Virus record (IMG/VR): IMGVR_UViG_3300045988_117192
Coordinates: 1-64,000 of that record
Origin: a virus
Length of the DNA stretch: 64,000 bases
Reading direction: 5' to 3' (one strand)
The translations under genes and the position numbers were made by a program. The stretch's first letter is position 1; the number at the start of each line of letters is the position of its first letter. The notes under the pieces are model-generated. The model worked only from the letters and a program-made list of their open reading frames with translations, had not been told where the DNA came from and made no database searches. Positions 57,443 to 64,000 of the stretch are shown here, piece after piece.

Positions 57443-58894
57443 ATGGCTAAAAAATCATTACAAGATATAAATCCTTTAGAATATGATTTAAGTACTAATG
57501 TTTCTGTATCTCCTAAGCAACAAACAGATAGACTTATTCAATTAGGAAAAGGGGTTTATAAAGATAAAATAAGTGGTAAATTACTTTATAATTATAATGA
57601 AATGCCTACTGCTGAAGTTGTAGGACATAAAAAAGAAAAATCAATTAATGATAATTGGCAAAAGGCTTATGCTAAAGGCATTCCTAGTGGTACTATGGCA
57701 TCAGATATAGAAACTATGAATGCTGTTACAGGTGGTGGTATGAATTTAATAAGTCCTTCACAAGTAATAGGTGCTGCTATACATTCTGATAAACCACAAG
57801 ATTATTTTCTTAATTTATTAAAAGGTAATAGTGGTATAGTAACAGATAATTTTAATAAAAATCATCCTTATTGGAGTATTGCAGCTAATGGTGCTTTCGA
57901 TGCTTTTACTGGAAGAAGTTTATATAATATAAATCATTTGAATAAAACAAAACCTTTATTAACTTCTATAGGTAAAGGAATAGGAAAAACTATAGTAGAA
58001 GTTCCTTATAATATAGTTACTAATAAAAATGTTCAAACTTATGGTAAAAAAATTGTAAATCCTATTATAAATTATGGTAGAGATGTTATAAATCCTATTG
58101 AAACTATAAAAGCTATTAAAGATGGTAGATATATTCCTTTTATGACTAAACAACAAGCTAAAAATTTACTTATAAAAAATTCAAGAAGATTACAAAGTAG
58201 ATTTAATGATGCTTATGATTTTAATAAAGAAATAGAAGCTAATAAATCATTTCCTGTAGATGTAAATGAACAATATAAAAGTAATATAGATAATTGGGAT
58301 ATAGCTTGGAAAGAACGTGAAAGTATAGGAGATATTAATGATGCACCTTATAAAAATAGTAAGCCTTTATTGCATATAGACCCTCTTAAAACTAATGCAG
58401 GACAAAAATTTTATGATGCTTATGCTTATTACACTGGTAATAAAGTATATATTCCTTCTAGAACTTCCAAACATATATTAACCGACCCAAATTCTTTTAA
58501 AATAAGACATATTTTATCACATGAAATAAATCATCACATACAAGATGTTATTCCTAAATATAGAGATATTGGATATTTTGATAAAAATGTAGGTTATTAT
58601 GTAGTAAATGAAAATAATGATTTAGCAAATAAAATATTTGCTCCTATTAAAAAAAACTCTTTAAAAGAAAAAACGAATTGGGCTGGAAGTCCTTATGAAG
58701 TACAATCAGATATGGCAGGACTTAAATATATATTAAATAATCCTACTAATTATAATAATCAACCTTGGTATAATAAACTTTATATGAAACATTATATTAG
58801 TAAACATTTTAATATATCTTTTTCTGAAGCAGATAAAATGTTAAATGATATGTCTAGACATTCATTTGCTATGGGAGGACATATTAATAATTAA
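57443..58894 (+). CDS. HExxH motif protein, putative zinc metallopeptidase (483 aa from the proposed start)
   Basis: SHEINHH (HEINH encoded at 58520-58534). Start re-assigned from the track's 57395 to the ATG at 57443 (ATTATGGCTAAAAAATC context). The track's start lies inside the upstream terminator hairpin. Confidence 0.5.
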   Translation: MAKKSLQDINPLEYDLSTNVSVSPKQQTDRLIQLGKGVYKDKISGKLLYNYNEMPTAEVVGHKKEKSINDNWQKAYAKGIPSGTMASDIETMNAVTGGGMNLISPSQVIGAAIHSDKPQDYFLNLLKGNSGIVTDNFNKNHPYWSIAANGAFDAFTGRSLYNINHLNKTKPLLTSIGKGIGKTIVEVPYNIVTNKNVQTYGKKIVNPIINYGRDVINPIETIKAIKDGRYIPFMTKQQAKNLLIKNSRRLQSRFNDAYDFNKEIEANKSFPVDVNEQYKSNIDNWDIAWKERESIGDINDAPYKNSKPLLHIDPLKTNAGQKFYDAYAYYTGNKVYIPSRTSKHILTDPNSFKIRHILSHEINHHIQDVIPKYRDIGYFDKNVGYYVVNENNDLANKIFAPIKKNSLKEKTNWAGSPYEVQSDMAGLKYILNNPTNYNNQPWYNKLYMKHYISKHFNISFSEADKMLNDMSRHSFAMGGHINN

Positions 58895-58914
58895 ATTAAC
58901 AATAACATTAAACT

Positions 58915-59415
58915 ATGGCTAAAGATAAATTTAATAAATGGCTTAGAAGTATAGCTGATATGAGAGGTTGGAACGTTAATGAAATGCTTAATGACCCTAC
59001 TTATAATTATGAACATTTTTATAATGTTCAACCTCAAATAGCTTATGCTATGCTTAAAGATTCACCTGATGCTCACTTTACAGATATTGCTAAAACAGCA
59101 TTTCATCCTACTTTTAGTATTGAAAGTGATTATAGTGGAAGACCTAGTGTATTCAATCCTAGAGGTATAGTAGGTGGTAGATGGAGTGATGCTCCTAGAT
59201 TAGGTAAAAGAGGTTCTAGATATACTCTTTCTGATTCTCAAATGAGAAATGGTTGGGATGTTGGTAGAACTATAGATTATGTTGGTTTCAATGAACCTAA
59301 TGGAGCAGAAGTTAGACTTCCTAATGGTACTATGCCAAGGTATGATGGTGCTTATTTTGATGCAGTTCTTCCAACTGTCGAAATTATTGGTAAAAGTAAA
59401 AGAAAGAATAGATAA
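58915..59415 (+). CDS. hypothetical protein (166 aa)
   Basis: Last ORF of the plus-strand block. Start context ACTATGGCTAAAG. Confidence 0.5.
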   Translation: MAKDKFNKWLRSIADMRGWNVNEMLNDPTYNYEHFYNVQPQIAYAMLKDSPDAHFTDIAKTAFHPTFSIESDYSGRPSVFNPRGIVGGRWSDAPRLGKRGSRYTLSDSQMRNGWDVGRTIDYVGFNEPNGAEVRLPNGTMPRYDGAYFDAVLPTVEIIGKSKRKNR

Positions 59416-59617
59416 TTATTTTAAATAATTTAATAATATAAAAGTTGATATTTATAATAATTCTTTCTATATTTGCATTCGTATTCAAACACCAAACAAT
59501 GTTTGACTAACTAAGCTTCATAAGAGTATATCTCTTATATGTTCTATAGGTAATATTTACCTTATGTTCCACGAAAAAGAATTACTAGTTTTCTCACTCC
59601 TTTCTGTAACTAGTACT

Positions 59618-59653
59618 GGTAGATGTTCTTCGTCCGTTCTTAATCTACCTTTT
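59618..59653 (+). terminator. hairpin (7-bp stem GGTAGAT/ATCTACC, 18-nt loop) followed by TTTT
   Basis: Inverted repeat immediately upstream of the first tRNA. Weak and terminator-like. Confidence 0.3.
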
Positions 59654-59725
59654 GGGACAATAGTTTAATGGATAAAACAGTAACTCGTTAAGTTACAGTT
59701 GTAGGTTCGAGTCCTACTAGTGCCC
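59654..59725 (+). tRNA. tRNA-like gene, anticodon GTT (Asn) if the fold is correct; acceptor stem has two mismatches
   Basis: Manual cloverleaf: TA at positions 8-9, D-arm GTTT/AATGGATA/AAAC, anticodon arm GTAAC-TCGTTAA-GTTAC, T-arm GTAGG-TTCGAGT-CCTAC. The acceptor GGGACAA/TAGTGCC pairs at only 5 of 7 positions, so this could be a degenerate tRNA. Confidence 0.45.
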
Positions 59726-59733
59726 ACATTTAA

Positions 59734-59804
59734 TGTTCTATGGTGTAATGGTAGCACTAGAGTTTTTGATTCTCTCAGTCATCGTTCGAATCGGTGTAGA
59801 ACAA
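59734..59804 (+). tRNA. tRNA-Gln (anticodon TTG), putative
   Basis: Manual cloverleaf: acceptor TGTTCTA/TAGAACA (7/7), D-arm GTGT-AATGGTA-GCAC, anticodon arm AGAGT-TTTTGAT-TCTCT (U33, A37), variable CAGT, T-arm CATCG-TTCGAAT-CGGTG. Discriminator A. No encoded CCA. Confidence 0.6.
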
Positions 59805-60254
59805 CTGCTTATTGTAGTCTGATTGTTAATGCTAAAATGTATTCTTTTTGGTTGTGGTAATACCCACTTATTTCATGGTAATTGAGTTGATAAAACTAAT
59901 TATTTTGCTCCTATTAGTTGTAAAACTAGTAGGAGTTTTTGTTTTTATATATTTTGTATGTGTTCCAACTAATTATAAAAAAAAAGATGTAAATAAAGAT
60001 AATACTTTATTTACTATTAATGATAAGTTATACAATAATTTTATTTTAGATTTAAGCAAGTCAAATATAATTTGCTGATAAGTTATCAGCTAACATATAA
60101 AAAAACCAACAGAGCTAAGAAAAAGCTATAAATTAGGCCATATTTGATTACATTCAACCATACAAAATATTCATTGATACTCTTGTAAGTTGTCTGTAGC
60201 ATTAAAAAAAAAGGCTAGTAGCATTACTGCCACCAGCCCAAACAACATAACAAA

Positions 60255-60512
60255 TTAAAACTGTAAAGTTTCTATTAATTCTTTAATTTTTCTAGCACTT
60301 TTAGTACCACTAAAATGATACCTAATAACATCATTTTTAATAAATACTAGTGTAGGAAAATCAGTAAGTTTAACATTAGTTTTAATCCAAAGAGGAACAA
60401 ATCTAACATCTTGTACTCTTATTCTAATATTACTAAAATTATTATCAAGAATATCTTTCATGATTTTACATCCTTGACAACCTTCGGTAGTAATAAGATA
60501 TAAATATTTCAT
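60255..60512 (-). CDS. glutaredoxin/thioredoxin-like CxxC protein (85 aa)
   Basis: N-terminal TEGCQGCK (CxxC redox motif) on a small protein of thioredoxin-fold size. Confidence 0.5.
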   Translation of the reverse strand: MKYLYLITTEGCQGCKIMKDILDNNFSNIRIRVQDVRFVPLWIKTNVKLTDFPTLVFIKNDVIRYHFSGTKSARKIKELIETLQF

Positions 60513-60859
60513 TCACGTATAATTCTATCAGTAATATTACCTTCGTTACATCTAACTTGACAATCATCTTCATGTCTAGCTTCACATTCATCACTAGAAT
60601 AACCAGAATGATGAACACAAGGTTTAGCTAAATGTGCAAAATATTGACCATCTTCACAAATAATATCTTGATTTTCAAGTCTTGCACGAAGAGCTTTTTC
60701 ATAAGTCCTCATAGCACTAAGCTGAATACATTTATTAGCAAATTCAATCTTATCATCTTTATCACTTTTTTTGCTATAAACGTAATCATTAAGTTGCTTA
60801 ATACGTTCAACAAGTTCAGAATGTTCAATCATCATACGTTGTACAAAATTCGTAGCCAT
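60509..60859 (-). CDS. hypothetical Cys/His-rich protein (116 aa)
   Basis: ORF overlapping its neighbour by 4 nt. The C-terminal CVHH…DECEARHEDDCQVRC cluster may be a metal-binding site. Confidence 0.45.
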   Translation of the reverse strand: MATNFVQRMMIEHSELVERIKQLNDYVYSKKSDKDDKIEFANKCIQLSAMRTYEKALRARLENQDIICEDGQYFAHLAKPCVHHSGYSSDECEARHEDDCQVRCNEGNITDRIIRE

Positions 60860-60871
60860 AATAATTTAAAT

Positions 60872-61102
60872 TTAATCTTTAATACAAATGTTATTTACTT
60901 TACTATATTCATCAATATACCATTCTTTCTTATTCATATTATATGTAACTTCAAAATAGTTAGAAGAATTTTTAACTCCAACAAGATATTTTCTGTTACC
61001 TAAAATATAACAAGACCAAACTATAAACATATCGTTTATATCAGTATTTTCATATTTATCATTAAGATAATCATATATAAGTTTAAATACTTTTTCTTCC
61101 AT
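60872..61102 (-). CDS. hypothetical protein (76 aa)
   Basis: ORF in a compact minus-strand operon. Confidence 0.4.
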   Translation of the reverse strand: MEEKVFKLIYDYLNDKYENTDINDMFIVWSCYILGNRKYLVGVKNSSNYFEVTYNMNKKEWYIDEYSKVNNICIKD

Positions 61103-61126
61103 AATTTAAATTATAATATAATTGTT

Positions 61127-61579
61127 TTATTTAATACCAGTGTGACCAAAACCACCATTACCACGTTTGGTATCTTTAAGTTTAAAAACTTCTGTTAGTA
61201 AAACTTGTTCAACTTGAGCAAATACAATTTGAGCAATTCTATCACCATGATGTACATCAAAAGTATCATTACCATGATTAATTAAACAAACTCCAATTTC
61301 ACCACGATAATCAGCATCTATAGTTCCTGGTGTATTAAGTACTGTAATACCATATTTTAAAGCTAAACCAGAACGAGGTCTAATTTGAGCTTCATAACCA
61401 TAAGGTAATTGAATATAAAGACCTGTAGGAATTAAAACTCTTTCACCAGGAGCAATACTTATAATTTCATCATTTCCTTCATCATCTTTTAGATTAGCTC
61501 TAAGATCCATACCAGCACTATATTCAGTACTATAATTAGGCAAAGGATTAGAAGATTTATTTACTATTTGTACTCTCAT
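61127..61579 (-). CDS. dut: dUTP diphosphatase (dUTPase), 150 aa
   Basis: All five trimeric-dUTPase motifs are present: [50 protein letters not shown]. Confidence 0.85.
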   Translation of the reverse strand: MRVQIVNKSSNPLPNYSTEYSAGMDLRANLKDDEGNDEIISIAPGERVLIPTGLYIQLPYGYEAQIRPRSGLALKYGITVLNTPGTIDADYRGEIGVCLINHGNDTFDVHHGDRIAQIVFAQVEQVLLTEVFKLKDTKRGNGGFGHTGIK

Positions 61580-62160
61580 TTTATTTTAGATTTACGTTTG
61601 AGATTTAAAATATTAATAGTTTTACGTTGTTGTTCTTCTTTTTCAAGTTCTTCATTAGTTTTATTTATTTCAGCACAATCTTTTTTATAAAGACTAAGCA
61701 TTTTATTAAGATTACCTTTATAAACTTTTTTAAGAGGAATACAATATGTATCTCTTTCTATTTCTTCAATTAAATCTTTATCTATTAATTCTTTTATACT
61801 TTTAGATATACTAGCATCTGAAAGTTCAAGAAACTCTTTAAGTTCATTACGAGTTATTTTTACAATATTTGTATTATTATTTAATTTATATAATATAGTA
61901 ATATAAACTCCTAAAGCACTTTTACTACCATTATATAAACTTATTAATGTATCTATTCCAACTCTAACTGAATTACTTAGATAATAAATTGTTTTAGTAT
62001 ATTCTAAGTTATTATCATCTTTATCTTTAACTTCCATAGTAGAAACATCTTGTATATATTTATCTATAGATTTTCTATTATGTATTATCATATTACTAAT
62101 ATCATTATCTGAAATTTTTGTTATATTGCAAAAATAGAAAAAAACTTTTACTTTTTTCAA
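61576..62160 (-). CDS. hypothetical protein, possible winged-helix DNA-binding protein (194 aa)
   Basis: ORF overlapping dut by 4 nt. The K/E-rich segment [22 protein letters not shown] resembles a wHTH. Weak evidence. Confidence 0.4.
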   Translation of the reverse strand: MKKVKVFFYFCNITKISDNDISNMIIHNRKSIDKYIQDVSTMEVKDKDDNNLEYTKTIYYLSNSVRVGIDTLISLYNGSKSALGVYITILYKLNNNTNIVKITRNELKEFLELSDASISKSIKELIDKDLIEEIERDTYCIPLKKVYKGNLNKMLSLYKKDCAEINKTNEELEKEEQQRKTINILNLKRKSKIK

Positions 62161-62382
62161 AAAATGAAAAGAAAATCTTTAGAATTTTAGAAAATCATAG
62201 ATTAACTTTTTCAAATTATGAAAATAAAAAACTCGCTAAGTACTTGATACTCAACGAGTTATAACAAAAATCCCAGTCCTTATAATATATATAATATAAT
62301 AAATATAATAAGGTACATCTAATACTGCAAATATAAGAATAAGATTAATAATAACAAAGAGTATAGAATAAAATTACATAAC

Positions 62383-62401
62383 TCTTCTACGGGGGAGCTA
62401 G
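62383..62401 (+). repeat. dispersed motif copy 13 (forward, canonical)
   Basis: Direct read. Intergenic, to the left of the small membrane gene 62458..62706. Confidence 0.9.
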
Positions 62402-62457
62402 AGTGCAACTATTAATTCTAACAAAAAGAATATAATTAGCTACACTCTAGTTTTACT

Positions 62458-62706
62458 TTAATACGTTCTATCCATAATATCTTTAATTAAAGACATTAAT
62501 TGACGTACACCAATAGGTATATCTTCATCTTCTTCATTATAATCAACTCTAATTTTATTATATTTATTTTTTATCGTAAAAAGTCTATCCTTATATATTT
62601 TATCATCTGTTGGAATTTTAGAAGTATAACATTTAGTAATATATAAATAAAATCCTAATAAAATAATAATAGCTAAAATAATTATAGTAGAACAAATATA
62701 AATCAT
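62458..62706 (-). CDS. small membrane protein (82 aa)
   Basis: N-terminal TM helix IIILAIIILLGFYLYI. The gene is bracketed by an inverted pair of the dispersed motif (62383-62401 forward, 62763-62781 reverse). Confidence 0.45.
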   Translation of the reverse strand: MIYICSTIIILAIIILLGFYLYITKCYTSKIPTDDKIYKDRLFTIKNKYNKIRVDYNEEDEDIPIGVRQLMSLIKDIMDRTY

Positions 62707-62709
62707 AAT

Positions 62710-63774
62710 TTAAGCAATTTTTAAATTAACAGCTGAAACTAGTGCTTTATTCATATTTCTGTTAGCTCCCCCGTAGAGAAGTGAATCAACACGTTTTTCA
62801 TTTTCTAAATTAGCAACATTAGAATAAAAACCTGTAACAGCATTATAAGCACCCCAAGCAGTACCTGCAATATCTTTTTGACCAATACCATCCATATAAT
62901 ATTCAAACATATTAGTAATTTGATTTATTTTACGTTGACTGATATTAGTATGTTCCATAAGAAGATACTCACTATTAAATAATTTTTTATAACCATTTTT
63001 GTTATCATAATCAAGAAGAGCTAATCTTTCAGCTTCAGTAAGTTGTAAATCAGCAATATATTTCATTACTTCTTCATCAGACATTTTAATAGTTAGAAGA
63101 CTATCATAAAGTTGTTTAGCATTATTAGCATGTTCACAAGCTATTTTTAAAATTTCACTACCACGTTCAATTTTATCTCTAGCAGATTTAGTATGTTTAA
63201 TACGAATATATGAATGAGCACTATTTAAAGCACTATTTAACATATTAGTACAAATAACTCTAATAGGAGAAAATAAAATATTTATAGAAGAACTACCATC
63301 ATGAGAATTACTAAATACAAGATAATTATCTACTACATCTTTTCCTACTTTAGTAGTATAAGGTAATTTAGCACTAACAAATATTTTATGTCCATAACCA
63401 AATTTACCAGCTTTATCCCATTGAGCTTTATTAACTCCAATAGCATCATTAAAGAAATTAAAAGCTTCAATATTTTGAATAACTTCATATTTATCTTTAA
63501 CTAAACCTAAAGGTGTATTAGTATCTGTACGATAAGTAGCATAAGCTTTAGGACAATCTCTATAAATATAACCATCTTTAGCAAACTCACCACCTAATTC
63601 ATTAAATTTATTATTACCGTTAATACTAAAAGGCATACGAGCAACTAAATCACATTTATCCACATAAAAATCAAGTCCAGCTTTTTGCATAACTTCTTGA
63701 GCTGTAGTACAATCTGAAACATCTTTTCCTATACCACTAGCCCAAGGTAAACCGTTAATATTATATTTACTCAT
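62710..63774 (-). CDS. hypothetical protein (354 aa)
   Basis: Long minus-strand ORF. An in-frame motif copy near the C-terminus encodes LLYGGAN. No confident family assignment. Confidence 0.55.
   Translation of the reverse strand: MSKYNINGLPWASGIGKDVSDCTTAQEVMQKAGLDFYVDKCDLVARMPFSINGNNKFNELGGEFAKDGYIYRDCPKAYATYRTDTNTPLGLVKDKYEVIQNIEAFNFFNDAIGVNKAQWDKAGKFGYGHKIFVSAKLPYTTKVGKDVVDNYLVFSNSHDGSSSINILFSPIRVICTNMLNSALNSAHSYIRIKHTKSARDKIERGSEILKIACEHANNAKQLYDSLLTIKMSDEEVMKYIADLQLTEAERLALLDYDNKNGYKKLFNSEYLLMEHTNISQRKINQITNMFEYYMDGIGQKDIAGTAWGAYNAVTGFYSNVANLENEKRVDSLLYGGANRNMNKALVSAVNLKIA
62763..62781 (-). repeat. dispersed motif copy 14 (reverse variant TAGCTCCCCCGTAGAGAAG)
   Basis: Direct read. In-frame near the 3' end of minus-strand gene 62710..63774 (LLYGGAN). 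Confidence 0.9.
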
Positions 63775-64000
63775 AATTTCATTTTTATAAAATCATCAAC
63801 ATCATAATAATCAATACCAAAATTAATAGCAGTTTGTTTATCACTATCACTAAATTGACCTTCTTTACCTGAAGCATCACCTATCATACACATATTTCCA
63901 TCATGAATATGTCGATTATCATTAAGAATGAAAGCTTCAAGTAAATTTAATAGCATTCCTGTATTAGGTTTTCGATAAGAATTATTTTTGTCATTAAGAT
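63771..64000 (-). CDS. hypothetical protein, N-terminally truncated by the window edge
   Basis: The minus-strand reading frame stays open upstream of the track's ATG at 63956, all the way to the window end. The gene probably starts beyond position 64000. Confidence 0.4.
   Translation of the reverse strand, partial: LNDKNNSYRKPNTGMLLNLLEAFILNDNRHIHDGNMCMIGDASGKEGQFSDSDKQTAINFGIDYYDVDDFIKMKL

Noticed and set aside
59848-60078. A 76-aa plus-strand ORF after the tRNAs
   Set aside because: It lies in the inter-block non-coding region and covers a promoter-like motif copy and a palindromic hairpin (GCTGATAAGTTATCAGC). Hydrophobic low-complexity translation. Probably spurious.
60074-60090. Bidirectional intrinsic terminator between the plus and minus gene blocks (GCTGAT-AAGTT-ATCAGC)
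   Set aside because: The stem is only 6 bp. The A-run follows rather than precedes it relative to the minus-strand genes, and no U-run follows for the plus strand. Not convincing as a terminator.
3490-62781. CRISPR array formed by the repeated 19-bp motif
   Set aside because: Copies are in both orientations and irregularly spaced, from 7 bp to many kb apart. Most are embedded in-frame in large protein-coding genes. There is no regular repeat-spacer periodicity.

Overview
This 64-kb window is AT-rich (under 30% GC by eye) and reads as a large segment of a tailed, crAss-like (Crassvirales-type) bacteriophage genome. The host is probably a Bacteroidota bacterium: genes start with ATGGC preceded by AATATT or ATTATT and have no Shine-Dalgarno sequence.

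Organisation:
- Positions 1-1740 carry minus-strand genes, with iterated upstream motifs.
- Positions 1740-2940 form a divergent non-coding hub. Its top strand is G-depleted, and it contains diverged ~130-bp direct repeats and three consecutive palindromes.
- Positions 2941-59415 form one densely packed plus-strand block of about 45 genes. In order these are: small early-like genes, a PD-(D/E)xK nuclease-like gene, a putative large terminase, a putative portal, a scaffold-like acidic protein, a ~491-aa putative major capsid protein, head and tail structural genes, two giant ORFs of 2547 aa and 4761 aa, an HExxH protein, and two tRNAs.
- The 4761-aa giant ORF carries a DFDID catalytic-type motif, as in the virion-packaged RNA polymerases of crAss-like phages.
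- Positions 60255-64000 return to the minus strand with a nucleotide-metabolism module (dUTPase, glutaredoxin-like CxxC protein).

The most unusual signal is a dispersed GC-rich 19-bp motif, TCTTCTACGGGGGAGCTAG. It is present in 14 full copies plus partial copies, in both orientations. Copies lie in intergenic DNA and, in-frame, inside essential structural genes and the RNAP gene. Several copies form inverted pairs or hairpins.

Other recurring elements:
- A probable Bacteroidales-type promoter motif, TATATTTTTATTTTAGATTTRAG.
- An iteron-like motif, AATCTTGG-N-AGTAGTGGWTGAGG, repeated four times.
- Several clean intrinsic terminators.
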